The notes beneath the pieces are model-generated. The model saw nothing but the letters and a program-made list of their open reading frames with translations. It ran no database searches and was not told where the DNA came from. Source: Phoronis australis (taxonomy: Eukaryota; Animalia; Phoronida). From it: a DNA stretch of 64,000 nt. Both the position numbers and the translations under genes were made by a program. Below, piece by piece: positions 15,501 through 30,500 of the stretch. Every line of letters starts with the position of its first letter. Position 1 is the stretch's first letter. Location of the stretch: assembly GCA_002633005.1 (NCBI GenBank), contig NMRA01000440.1, forward strand, positions 157,786-221,785, written 5' to 3'.

Positions 15501-18500
15501 TGGATGTTACAGTAAATGTGTATTATACAGAGTATAGCCTTAAGCAGCACATTCAAAGTCTAATCACCTTAATAATACATTTCACACCATATAATTACAT
15601 AGCAGATCACCAACACACAATTTGATGTGATGAACAGAAAATTACCTTGGACTCAGAGGCAAGAGTCCAAACCAAAGCACAGCCACTATGGCAGACCAGA
15701 GCACAACCACTGGCAAGTGGTGAACAAACAATGGGCACAAATAATAATCATTAACCTGGCTGTGACTGCTGACTTTTCATAATGGCCATCTTGGACCAGA
15801 GCCAACTGACATCAAGTGGCACATTAGATATGCACATAAGTAATGAGGTGATCAGGGCAGAGTATAACAACAAACCTATCACAATTCTTTACCTAATTCA
15901 CCACACAACATGGCGTACGACGGACTAGTGGAATTTTATTTTGTTAAAATAAAATAAAGATTAAGAAAATGTTATTTTTTAACAGCATGATTAGTAGTGT
16001 GAAGATGTCATAAAACATGATTTAGTAAGTTTTAGTTATTTACAGCTAGGCAATCAATCTTTGAAGAATGGAAAATGACATTTTAGTAATTACTTTATGA
16101 AAATAAAGGGCAGAATTTGCGTAGAAAAGAAACGGAGAAAACAGAAGATGGAAGTGGTTGTGGGTAGAGTCCAACAAGGATAGCATGAAGAGGCTCGTCA
16201 CTAGCAACAATGGACAAGGCGAAAAGTACTTTTTTGAAATGGCACTCTTCAAATGAACGTCCGCTAATTGTTGAAAAGGAAAAAGAAGACATCATAATTT
16301 ACCTGGCAAAGTCTAAGGACGCCAAATGATTCTCTAGTTGCTATATATGGGGAACAGCCATGATAACTCGCGCCATGACTTGCTCTACTTAAGTCACATC
16401 TACACGACATTAGATCACAAACTGATCAGCATGAGCCAGTTACACCAAGACTGTCTGCACATGCTCACATAAACAGCGAACGTCCAAACCATGTGGAATG
16501 CCAGCAGATCGCCCGTATATGCGCTACTGTGCAAGTGCATTGAAACATGATCCCATTCCACCTTGGCCCAGTTGTGTTTAGACGTGTAGTTGAAACTGGA
16601 GCAACTGATCGAGTGCATCTCGCTGTACCTGTCAAACCAGTGTTAAAAAATGGCCGCCGCGGTGTCAACTTGCTCCATGTCAGTCGTGTTTACACACACA
16701 CACTTACGCCCAATCAGCAGTTCCACGTTAGTTGCTCCGTGACAGATGTCTCCCGAGTAAATGTGGCTTATGTGATCAAACGATTCCGTTTAAATTAAAA
16801 TGTGGTAATGTGCTTTCTAACATTGAAGCATTTTACGCAGGAGATTGAGAACAAATAAACCAATGAGAACCACTGACCATTCTACACGCACCACAGGCGA
16901 ATACTGAAAGTGTTGAGTTAGGAAGAAAAGAGAAGATAAATACCCAGAATGCTAATTCTAGGCTGTGAAAAGCCAAGATTAACATTGTAAGCCTTGACTT
17001 CATAAGCACCATTAAACAAACCTGGGGCTGGGATACACAGATGAAGTAAAGTTAGACAACCAAAAGCACTCTAATCAAGTGATTGACTGTTGCACAATAA
17101 CCGTGTAGTATAACTAGAGGCTATCACAGCAGGATACCAAACAGCTCCTTCACTTCACCACCAAGTTATGACATAGTTTTGAGAGTCACCAGGTTTGTAC
17201 CTGATGAACTCTTGAAGAAGAAAAGACAGAATCAATACAAGAGCCAGTGGTGAGCCAGTGCACTCATGGGACAGATCTTGCTAACAAAAAGTCTACATTA
17301 GGGCATGTTTACTCAGATTAAATCAAGTGAAATTTTATGTGTGTGTTTTGGAGTGTTCTTCAATAACAAAACACTGAGTGTGTTATTGTCATAACAGCAA
17401 TGGGTTTCCACTCACTTTACTACATATAGTTTGAGCCCAGTTAGGATTAATACTGTCATACAAAAGCTAGTGAACACTTACTTGATGTAATAAAAAACAG
17501 TACAGAGTATGGCTGCTACTCAGACATATCACTAACGCGCATCACTTTCACATCACCAGTCTCAGTTTTAGAACGAGTTTCAGGAAGTAGGAAAAGAAAT
17601 TTCATCTGAGATGCATAACCGAAACTTCTGTCCAAAATAAGCAAACTTTCATCTACAGTTAAACGAGATAAACCAACTTTTACCGAAGATCCACCAGAGG
17701 ATTACTGTGTTAATTGAGGCACGACCATATCTGACTGACAAACCTCTAAAATAGCTGATATAGTCCCAAACCCATGGTTGATCTATTGTTTCCTTTATGG
17801 CCATATTTCCAGTCACACTAATTGGGTAGAAAGGATGGAGACGCCCAACCTCACCACATGAGTCACTACCAATGGAATTTAGTAAGGCTGTCCAAAAAAA
17901 GTTGAACTCGATTATTTAGCCACTGAGTGAAAACAGTCGTCGGCTGGTTTCATTTTACAAAAGTGAGAACTGCAAAATTCAGTGAGGAAAGCTGCAGCAC
18001 TGGTAATAAGTAATTCTTGTGATGAGAGCTACCATTCCTAAACAAATGCATTGTTCAACTTGTAGAAGTTAACAGGAGGCAGAAAGTGTCGAGACAGTAA
18101 GCAAAACCATTGCAGACAACAAGCACAGGCAGTAAGCCAACAAAGCAACTGCTATGTGAATTTCATGGAAAATTAACGACACTTCCTGTAAATGCACAGC
18201 ACAATTTGCAGATACTCCACAAACAGGATTTTTGTTTCCTTTCTACAAGAGCGGAGCACAAACTGCACCAATTAACACACAGACGCCCATCAGGCCAACT
18301 TGTGGAAGACAAAATGCCATTCCTCAAATCTTTCATCCCAAGAAATTGAAAATCCAGAGGCATTGCTCAACAACAAAAGTCAAAGGTGGTCCTGTGAAAG
18401 CTTCTGTGTGTTTCTGTCAAAAGCCTTTATTTACAGTAAAGGTACTGAAGTCCCCCTCAGTGACCAGATCCTTGATAATTACACCAGATGTCACTGACCT

Positions 18501-21500
18501 CCAGACCACAAAAACCACATTTAACAAAGCACTCTCTGTAATAGAGCTCAGTTTACCTTCCTATGTTCATATATTTTGCAGCACTAGTAGGCAACCCTAA
18601 AACTTCAAGGCATTTCTAACGGAGCTAACTCCACCGCCAACAGATAAGTTAACTTGGGCTTTCCTCAGTTGCTTCACAACTAAAGCAACATTATTGTTAA
18701 GGAATTACCAACTAACTTATTGCAAGGTAACGATAGGACCATCAACCACATGGTGGGCAACCATTACTATGTGGACACCTTACAGGACACACCATCAACC
18801 ACATGGTGGGCAACCATTACTATGTGGACACCTTACAGGACACAACATCAACCACATGGTGGGCAACCATTACTATGTGGACACCTTACAGGACACACCA
18901 TCAACCACATGGTGGACAGCCACAACTGCTAAGGAGTACTTGACAAACAGCTATTGCAAATTAAACACTTAATTAATCAATTAAGAATACAAGTAATAAA
19001 ACCCACACAAATTATGTAATACAAAAGCTGTGGACCAGGTTAGAATATGACACTTTGGCTCAATAACCTTGCCTCAGTTGGCTTCATGGCTTGTTTAGAT
19101 GTAACTAACAACAAATGCCAGACAATCAATACTCATCAAGCCCACTGTTAATGAGCTCTGTTTACATTACCTGGCTCAATAAGGCACACCTGTCCATACA
19201 AAAAGCCACGTTGTCATGATCTGGTGCAAGATATAGTCTGAAAAACACATGAACCCCAAGAGGTCCTGGCTCAGCCTCACTCAAGCTTATATAGGATAGT
19301 AATAAATGGCCTCAATTCTAAGTCAAATACTATGCACTGTCAAGCATTAAACGTAACTATTTTCTGAAAGGGAAAGATGTTTCTTACTATTGTGTCTTTA
19401 TTGTCACGTGACCGCGTTTTATCAGTCAAATTTTCATGTGCAAGAAAGGTACGTTCATGGCAAAATCACTAGCCGGCTGATTTTCCTAAAACGTTTTAAA
19501 ATGAAAACTTGACGTTATGTCTCCAAAAAGCTATTTGGAACTTTTGATTATTCACTTAGTTCAAATTTTATGCCAATCAAGTTTTATGCCAAATTAACTC
19601 GCAAAACACAAGGCATTTTTCTATAAAAATGTCAAGTCTTATCTGTATATCACTCAGTACGCGATATATGAATAAGACCACTGTTTTTTACAAAAATGCC
19701 TCGTTTTGTGAGTTAATTTGGCATAAAACTTGAACTAAGTGAATAATCAAAAAATCCTAACAGCATTTTTGAGACTAGGGGCATCTGTAGGTGAATGCAC
19801 CCACTTATTATGCACTAGTTTAAAAGTTTGCATTAAACTGTCCTCTTATTACCATTAATTTATCAATTCTTTGAAATTCACCGAAAAAATATTTGAAGCT
19901 ACATACCCATAAAGCTCATGAAAATTTTGGTGGTTTCCAACTTGCATTGAGGTCAGTAACTGCTCAAGTGACAAAGAGTTGCATTATGAAGCAGGAGTTA
20001 CATTTCATGTAATCTATTAAACAAACACATCAGACCATGGGGCCATTGTAAAGCTTAGTGAAAACCAATCACCATGTTTTCTCTGTTCTGATGCCTGACT
20101 CTGGTTACAAGTCATAACACAGCAACAAAAGAGACTGACAGTGAATGTGCACAATAACAGGAGCAGGAGAGACAAACAACTCATAGTGAATGTGCACAAG
20201 AGCAGGAGAGATAAACAACTCACAGCACAGCCATGGACTTAGGTATGTATAACACAATACTAAGCCATAGAACACATTCTACACTGTTCAACTGTATATG
20301 TGTACAGTAGATGTTACTCTTCAACTAATTAACATCTATGATTCCATTTGCCAATTAATGTTTACTTGCAAGTGTCTGACATTTAAAACATAAGAGAACA
20401 TCATTAACTATAAATCACTGCAAAAATAAAAACTGAAATACATATTTTACAGCTGAGTTCACAAACTGTTTAAGTAGAAGTTCCAAAGCAAGTTCTTTTT
20501 CAATTTCAACAACTGTAAAATCCTGCAACTAAGCTATCCAATGACAATATGCCATAGATGAGTTCAAGCACTGTGAAAATATAACCACACCCAGTGCGTA
20601 TACTCCAGGTCAGTCAACAGCCAGTTTGTAGTACAGTCCGCAGTTATGGCAGACGAGACATCAAAAGAAAACATGCACGAGATTTCAAAAACAGGTCTTC
20701 AGCACACTACTGTCAAACCCCACAAGGAACACAGACTACAAAAAAACGTTAAATTATTGGAAAACTAGCTGAAAACTGTTACTTTGAAATTTCACCAATT
20801 TTAGGCGAGAAGAACTATGGTAGCGTCACCTTTTTTGTAATAACTGAATCGTGAAGTGTTTCTAAGTCACGGGTGAAAAGTCGGTGATATCACAAAACAA
20901 ATTTCAACAAGTATTAAGTTTCACAAAGTACATAGAAAAAGGAACACAAGCAAGTTTGCTGCAAAAACTAAAAAAGTAACAGGCCACATCGCCAGCACAA
21001 TTTCAGGTGAAAATTACGACACAACAATTTCCACTTGAAGACAATTGATATCCAAGGTTATGTGAGGAGCATAATGCAGCAGCTTGTGAAGAAACACACA
21101 AAACCTCTCATTGGCTAGTAATGGCTATTCAGTGTTTCAATGGAAACAACATTTCAAATGAAAGTTAAACATCAGCACACAGGATGACCAAGTGATTGGC
21201 TGCACAGGGACTTTGGAGAATAAATTGAACTCAATATGGTTACTATGCAAACACTTGGCTGGCATGAAGAGTTCTGTTTCTCATGCACTTAATGTTACCA
21301 TGTTTGGTTACCATAGTGACTGAACAATGGTAGCAGACAGAGTGACTGTAAGAAGGATCATAACAAAGAGTATATACTCAGAACTTTGTTTGATTGCACT
21401 ATGAAGAACAGAATATGGCCATCCTTGACACACGCAGATCATCTGTTATGTAACAATATGTAATGGTGGTCACCTGATCATACCTATAACAGTAACAAAA

Positions 21501-24500
21501 CAATCAAGACACTTTATACATTATTTTTTATGAGCGCTTTCATTTATGTGCCACCTAGGAGAGTGAAAAGCCCCTAAAGTTTGAAGCATGCCACTCTAAC
21601 AACTTCAATTCAGACCATCTGAAAGAAAATAATCCTACTGCTTCAGATGTCTTGAGATAAATGTGGACTTCAATTCAATTCAAGTTGTAAGCACAACCAG
21701 GCTTCAATACTGTCTGGTATTCTCACAAAGCACAATTGACTCACATCTGATAAGAAATACAAGCTGGGACTAGCACTAAACCATACAACTACCAGTGATA
21801 ACATCTTGATACTGTATTTCACAGCCACATTGATGGGAAAGTTTGCTCCCACAGACAAGGCAATCTAATGAAATCCAATTCTCAGTTACAACAGCGACTG
21901 TTTGCTCAGTTCATTTTCAGCTCCTTGACTCCACTCAATCATGGACGCCCGCCTGATCAAATAAACAACCGGCCAATGAATGAACAGCGAGTTTTTTCAA
22001 ACAAAGCCGATGTCATTGAAAATTCCGAGACCCCATTGTGTGTCCATGGGGTGAAAGGGGGACGGTTACTATTCACCCACCCCTGCAGGCGTTGCTTTCG
22101 CATTCATCCCCCATGGCACACACTGGCAATGGCCGCTGGCTATGACCACAACGTATTTGTGTCAACTTGTGGTGAGCACAAAAAAAATAACAAGTCTGGA
22201 TACAGAGTATTCTAGCAGTTGTTTGCTCTAGTCAATGAGAGGGGAATCAAATACCACAGAACATGTTACTGCCAGCACAAGTGATCATGAAATAATCACT
22301 TGAAATAATTGGATAGAGTAGACTGACACCTTTGCGGGCATGGAGGAGTCCATGTTTTGGTGTCTTGATTGGTATTAATGGCTAACTTGAGTCTCATATC
22401 CAAATTAACTTGACAGTAAACATGAAGATGTAGTATGACCAGTTAACTTGGGTCTCATCACAGATAACTGTAAATATTGCTGTCAACAAAGACACATTTT
22501 CCTGGCACTCACAGTGCCAACTTACCCTCCACTGACTGAGAAACCCTGATAAACCTGTCACTGGGGTTGTCAAGGTTGTCAAGGTGACGTGATGACACAA
22601 GTACAGTGCCCTGCACAGATGCTACACACTTCCTTCTTGACATCATCTCTGTCCACGTGACCATTTGTGCTGGGGGCATGATGATCTAGATGCTAAACAT
22701 CTCATTAAATAGTTTCACCTGATCATTCTGTTCCAGGATCAACTCATACAAACCAACTGCCCGTCTGAACACAACTCGAGTTCTGACTCAATCATACTGG
22801 GTCTTGAACAAGCAGAAGTATGTGACATGTAATGATTTTGTAGAAAATGCTATCAATCTAAGACAATATTTCCAAAATCATGGCTTTCTACTCAAGCTAC
22901 ATGAGGGTAAAATTGACTGAACGTTTGCTGCTAGACAAAGAGCCAACATCTTTGGCCATGGAAAAGAACGCCACAAATTCCTACTTTGGTAATTATTCAA
23001 TAAATTTCAAACAGTTTCTGCAAAATTAGATTCAACAATAATGTTTAAGTAACTCTCGACTACTATCAGGCAATATTGTACAAGTGTTGACAAGACAAAC
23101 CCAGCATGGAGTGCAAACAGCAAAACAATGTCACTCGTCCTCCAACTGTTACAAAGCTAGTTACAGGTGTGTACACCAGGTAAATAGTGGGGCAAACAAG
23201 GACTCTTCAAATCACAAGTTAAAACAGTCTGCTGGCGTCAAAGTTAAAAGTAAAACTGATGGTCAAAGAGAACAAATTTACTCTGATTGAAACATAACAG
23301 AGCTGATAGAGATGTGTACCTGTTTAATTATTTACCTGTAGACACAGGTAATGAACCAGGTTGATGTCAACATTGACATACCAACAGCACATAGTTTGTT
23401 GTGGTGACAATGCTGTGGTGAAGTTGAGAGCTACAACAACACAACAAAATCACAAGTAGTGGAGACCACAACTCCTTTCAACTGCAACCAACCTCTGTTT
23501 CTGTCAGATCAGTTAATGGGTAGTTCACAACTCAACCAGAATGTCTCTGAGAGACAGCCTGAAGCCTTGGTCACCTTTAGTCATTGTCTGACAAATAACA
23601 TTCCATCTTCCTAAATGGATTCCAACCATAATGTTTGCAGGCATGTTCATAAGAAATACCTTCATAATAAGATGCACTTAGGCTTAATGACTGAACACCT
23701 GAGGTCTACCCATCCAGATTTAGGGCTCGGCACAAGACTTGAGGGCATTTTGACATGGATAACATACCAGTATTTTACTGCCTGCAAGGTGAAAGAACTG
23801 AACAAGCATCAGACAAGAGCCTTGTACTCCTACAAAACCCAGCAAGATGATGTTTTCCAAGTAACAAGAAACACAAAAATGTAAAGCACTCAACCAATTG
23901 TCCATAAACATCCAAATAATTTATTTAATACTCTGCCTTTAAGTAACCAGTTTATGTTTTTGATAATGCAACTTTCATATCAGTATCAACACTAAAATCC
24001 CAATTTACACTGCAGATTAAGTTGATTTCAAATCCGTTTGAGGTTCAAATCACTTCAGGATGCATGCGTAAATATCAACGGTTTAACCTAAACCCCCTCT
24101 TATGAGCGACTTTGAATCCATTTAACTTAACTCATTCATGCCTTGTAAAGTGTGAACACAAAATCTGATTCACTCAGATGACTGATGTGTAATTGCACAT
24201 CTAATGTCTTGCCTTTATATCAGATGACTGATGTGTAATTGCACATCTAATGTCTTGCCTGTATATCTGTCCAAGATGTCTAGCCCGTATATCTGTCCAA
24301 GATGTCTCATCACTTTCATTATCATCAAATCACCAAAAGAATAAAAATTAAAGAAAACCCGCAAATGCCACAAAAACAATTCTAAGAGCCGTCACATTCA
24401 ATTCACCACAATATAGTGTTCATACCTCTCTCTTCGTATTCAATTCACCACAATACAGTATTCATACCTCTCTCTTCTCAACCACAATTAGATGACAGAC

Positions 24501-27500
24501 CTGCCTCCACCTATTGTAGCAATGTTGGGAAGTCATCTACACCCGATTTCATCTGCTCTGATAAAAATGCTTTGTAACAACAGAACAACGCCTTAGATAC
24601 GACAACAAGCATTTCATTTCATTTCATTTCATGGGGAGCATCTATTTAACATTTTCTCAGTTCACGCTTCACCACAATTAAATAAAATTCTATTCACTTG
24701 ATCATGCACGAGTGCACAGTGTCTGTTATACATCTGAGCAGTAATGAGTTTCCTGGCCAGGAGTTTAGAATGTACAAGTAAATAAGATGATTCAAATAGC
24801 AATTGCAGACTGGGCACAATTACAAAGCATTTTGAAAGTGATAAGCAAGCTACAGCCCACATTAATCTTAAAGAGTTCCCCCCCCCCCCATGTAGTTACC
24901 ATCCATTACGTACAATTACGATAACAAAAAATATATTCTTTTAAAACTTTGGCATGTTTCTTAGCAACAGGTATACTAAAGGCTACTAAATCTCTCAAGA
25001 TGTATTAATAAAATTCTTTTTGAGATACAGGATCATGGTGAGAACACCTTAATGATAAGCAGGCTACAGCCCAGGTTAATCTTAATAATGGGACTTAACA
25101 ACCCAGGATAATCTTAATCCTTCACAACAACCAATTGCCAACACACACGAATTAATCCTCACATACTTTTCAAAAAGTTTAGAGCATTAAAATGACCAGT
25201 GGTTGTTACCAGAATAGAAAATATCCAAGATCTGTGAAATAATGGAAACGTTGCGACTGTGAATTTCTATATACCTCTCTGCCTGTCCTAATCGCCACAT
25301 AATAGTGCCAGACATGTGATCACTGCATAGGCCAATTACGGTGTTTTCTCTATTAATTCGTACATTCTATTAGTTCGTACAGGACCCTTGAAACATGCCG
25401 TTTGTCTCCAATAGTTCGTACAGTAGGAATCCGAGGGAAAAATAGTTATTACACATATCTGTGACGGAAAAAAAAAATTCGTACAAGCTTTTTGGATCGG
25501 TAAAATGGAAATTTTCATTCTTATAAAAGAACACAAATCAATAAGCGCCAATTCTATTCAGGTGATTGGAATCCGTTATTTGCTAACTACGCTAGCATAG
25601 AGCTCGAAAAGTCTTTTTTCAGATCGCCATTTTTGACGACAGAAAATGTGGAAATAGTGATAGTTTTCCAGTGTGTCGCCAAATGGTCGTAAAATTGTCA
25701 TAAAAGCAGATTTTCCCAACAAGGTTCTGTTACCCTCAGATTAGTACTACACGAATAAATTTACAAAAGTGCGGAGTAACAGTACCGTGCCGTCCCTTAG
25801 TCTTGTTAGAGCTGATTCCAATGACTGTAGTGCGCAGACGACAAATGACTATACAGTGCTCCAGTTTCATTGCAACTATTCTCACGTGGCAAAGTGCGCG
25901 CGTGCAATCTTCACGTGTTGTAGAAGTTACATAATAAGGATTAAATTTATGGCCACAGTGGTTTCGTGACACGAGTAGAACTATGTGCGTATTACCTGTA
26001 AAGTTCTGAGTTCAGAGAGCAATTAATGAGTTGTTTGACAAAATAAATGTTTGAAAAACTAATTCAGGTGTTTTTTTATAGTTGGGAATGCTTATGTTCT
26101 AGACTCCGCAACCCAATAAATTGTCAATGTAAGGTTTAGTGCGGCTGTCTTATCTTGAACGCCCGGCTTGGCTAAGTTCAGTTGCCATTGCGTGAAACAT
26201 GTTACGTAATGACGAGAATCGGAGGTAAGCGGACATGAGACAGTCGTCAATTAAAAGTTACTGCAAAGGCACTACTCAACAGCAAGTATTTGCTTAATAT
26301 TTTATGACTGTGACTCGGGATGAGTCTTAAGAACCCGTACAGCGGGGGTACTAAGGGACAAAATACTTCGTACAGTAGGGGGTCCAGTGAAAAATAGTTC
26401 GTACACGTTTCTTTGTTGGTAAAAATAACTTGTAAACAAATCGCCAATTATTCGGGTAATCGGTAGCCGCGGTAAGTTGGTGACTTGAGCTCTAACCAGT
26501 AATGTCTACTCAGCGAGTACGCGCTAGTTAGTGACTAGCTCTAACCAGCAATGCCTACTCAGTGAGTACGCGCTAGTTAGTGACTAGCTCTAACCAGCAA
26601 TGTCTACTCAGCGAGTACGCGCTAGTTAGTGACTAGCTCTAACCAGCAATGCCTACTCAGTGAGTACACGCTAGTTAGTGACTAGCTCTAACCAGCAATG
26701 CCTACTCAGCGAGTACGCGCTAGTTAGTGACTAGCTCTAACCAGCAATGTCTACTCAGTACGCGCTAGTTAGTGACTAGCTCTAACCAGCAATGACCACT
26801 CAGTGAGTACATGCTAGTTAGTGACTAGCTCTAACCAGCAATGACCACTCTGCAGTACACGCTAGTTCGGTGTCAGTTGTAATCACCTCGGCGCTAGACA
26901 TTCACGACTTGAAATTTGGGAATGCGAGCCGAGACTGGTCATTTCGTATCAAGTAGCAACAGTGCAACTTGGAAATTCTCTAGAACGAGAGACTATGCTA
27001 GCTTTTGGCAGAAAGCAGATACCTGGCACTTGTACAAATCTGGCCGTTATTTGTTTGTTTCAAAATCAAGTTAAACACTTAGCCCTCTTCATTTAGTTGT
27101 AAACCTGTAGAGTGAGCATGGGATAACATCTTTGGATAATTCAGAACCGATCTTAGACGCGTTTCATTGGCTGGTGTTTTTGGCTACTTTTGCAAATTTT
27201 TGGATGAGCCGGCAAAAAATTCGGACCAAGCCATAAATATGTGATCAATTAAAAACATCACAGCGATGTTTCATTCACTAGTGACCACCTTACAGAATTT
27301 GTGATGAAAAAAACATTTATTTTTCATGCAAGCTGTCCTGATTAGCCTATTACAATATCCCCAACAATATCATCTCACTGCGGCACTGGTCAATCCCGCT
27401 GTTTACGCGCAATGTCCCTACAGACCGTGACTTGGAAATGCGTCTCTTTTTTATGGCAAGACGGCAAACAAATTCTCCAGCCCTACTAAACTTTCTGTGG

Positions 27501-30500
27501 CTGAGCACGCACACATGTATAAGTCACCTGTCACTCACATATGTTGCTGTCAGTGTAACATGCACTCCAACGATTCAAGTGTGGGGACATACACACGCGC
27601 CACTTCAAAGTCGCACATCAAACGAGAATAGCGACAGTGCTAACTAAGAGAGTATGTCTGCCTGCCATTCAGCAACCTCGCTAAAAAGCAAGACTTCACG
27701 AGATTCTTGACGTGACATATTGTCATGTATTTCAAATGAGAACACATGACTTTGGCTGGATTTTAGCTAGGTCCTAGCGTTACTGAACGCACACCTGTTC
27801 AACTCTGTAGCAGATAAGTTTTAGCGACCCAAGTGCTAATTTACTTGACAATGAACTTAGACCCCCTGGGGTTATAAAAGACCCGTTGCTTTGCGATATT
27901 CCTTGGGCCCAATGTTTCTCAGAACTGCCGGGCTCTATGTGAACAAGTTGAACAGGGGCTAAACCATACACTGTCAATAGTGATATGAGTGAGATGTACT
28001 AAAGTGAACCTTCAAACTGGGAAATCACTAAACAACATTTATCTTAGCAAACATTGAAAACCTCTCACCAGCATTAGAAGCTCTAACACAAACTAGAGGC
28101 TTGATGCGCTGTCCACCATCTGACAGGTATCCAACCACACTGGTCCTGTTTTCCCATACCTGCCTGTCTGAATGGCACCACATTAAATCCTGGCTTTGTG
28201 TTTGTTCTTATACCAACCCTTTGGCTATTATTACAAGTTAATAAGGCCAAGCCAATGTAAACACAAACTATGGCACTTTCAAGTGAAAAGTCTCACAGAC
28301 AGACAACATACAAAAATGTAAAAGATACAACAGTAATTTTAGCATAACATATAAGTGATGGTTGACTATGGAAACTGTCCTGTTCCTATTACCACAGATA
28401 ATGTCAAAAAATCAACTAAGGTTTCTAGCCTAAACAAATGAAAGGATCGACTTCATCAGTATATTCTTTTCTATTGCTCTCAATTATGTTAAACAATGCT
28501 AAGGCCCCAACATGGATTGTAAAGAATGTAGTCCCTTACACAGAGCAGAATTTCACTTCATTGAAGTTTGCTAAACACACAGACTCAGTGAAAGTGATGT
28601 CAGTAATCATGATATTCGTCTTTGAGCAATCACCTAATGTGATCACCAAACACCTCTGCAGATCACATATCTTCACACATAAAACATGCTCACGTGGCTG
28701 ACGACAAAACTTAAACCAAAGTCTTAAGTGCATGACTGTCAGAATTTCATTTGGATCAACTGTGATAATAAGGCCATCACGGATTACACGGCGATAGAAC
28801 TCTCGTTTGTCCCGGAGATAAGAAAGCACGTGACATCATTTTGGAAATCAGGCTCATTTTCGTGTCTCTCATTTATGTCGGGAAGGCGAAGAATTTCAGA
28901 TCACGTGTCCACAGATATTTGTCCAGTTTATCAAACTTTCTCACATCAGAGTTGCAGCCCACACCACAGCAGTAATACTTCCTTGTCATTGGAAGGACCA
29001 ATAGAGTAATGCAACCAAGAAAAACCCGAGAGTCGCTATATAATCCTGGACATCCCTATTCACCACCCACCTCGTGAAAACCTAATGGGCGAAAGAGTCT
29101 TTACTAATTGTTGTTTAGTGACACTTGAGGAAGATGAGCCTGGACAACCATGACAATGGAGTAAAACTATCTAAATGGAGTTAAACTGTTTTACCGAAGT
29201 AAATAAAATTATCTTATCACGGTAAAAGTATCTTATCGGAGTAAAATCATCTTATCAGAGTAAAATTCTCTTATCAGAATAAAATTATCGTTAGGTTTTG
29301 GTGAGAAACGCAATAAAATAAGATTCCATGTACAAGATACTTGTGTGCCAAATAGTTGAACGCTTGCCATACTGCATGGTCAGTGTGTCACCTGTACTCA
29401 GCCTCATACCAACCATTAGAAACTGATCAATTTCAACAGGACTTTGCAATGCACTGCAATACACGTCAGTGTGTGAACTGCCCTTAAGCGACGTTCCCAT
29501 TAGAGGCAAAACTTCGCTTTTACTGAAGTTTCGGTAAGCTGGAAAAGACAACTCCGGCAGTTAAACTGTAAATGAAACTTCGCTGAAAATAGTAGGACGA
29601 AGCTTCAGTACTCACCGAAAATTCGGTGTAGTGGGAAAGGTCAGAGCGATAATTTGCCGAATGTATCGGTAGAGGTCGCAGTAACGATATACGACCACGC
29701 GTGACTCGCAAAACATGTTCTTTGTTATTGTAGTGTAGCCAACGTGCTCTCAAGACACAAGTAAATAAATAAAAGAAAGCATATCTGATGAAGAAAAATA
29801 CTGATCACTTTCACAAACACTCGTAAATGGCAAGACAATTTTCAGTTAGCCTCAAACCCACTACTCAATATTTGTTTGACAGGACGAATGAAGTGCGTCG
29901 TCTCGTCTCCTAGCAATAACTGTGGTATCGCTGTTTAGACGCAAAGATAAGCGAAGTTTCGGCGAAGTTTCAGAAAACCCAAGTTCCTGAATGGGAAAGT
30001 GCATTGAATCTCATACCAACCATTAGAATCTCATCAACTTCAATAGGAGACTTAGATGGATAAGAGAAGAAGTGGCCATGTTGTGACATTTGCCTTGAAC
30101 AAGTCATTGAAACTTTGATGTACCTACATAAGCTTGTTGTATTCTTCACTTGAGCACATGTATATAAGGAGTTACTATACTAATACAATACGACTTTATA
30201 TGAATAACCCAGCGACCAGTAGGTTTATCTTGGTAATAACACCGAGTTGTCATGGGAACCGGTTTATTTTCCCAACTAGCTATGAAAACCAGTGATAAGT
30301 GCTGATCTATTAAGCGTAGCTGATAACAATATCCAAATAACGCTACAAACAGTAATTCTGATGAACGTAATTACATTCAGGCAGAGAAATGGGCATTCTA
30401 CATAGAAATTAGCTAGTGTCGAGTTCACTGCTGTAACATTTCTACATTAGCAACAAAAATATGTGAATCATATAAAATCAACTACCAAGATGCCTGGACT

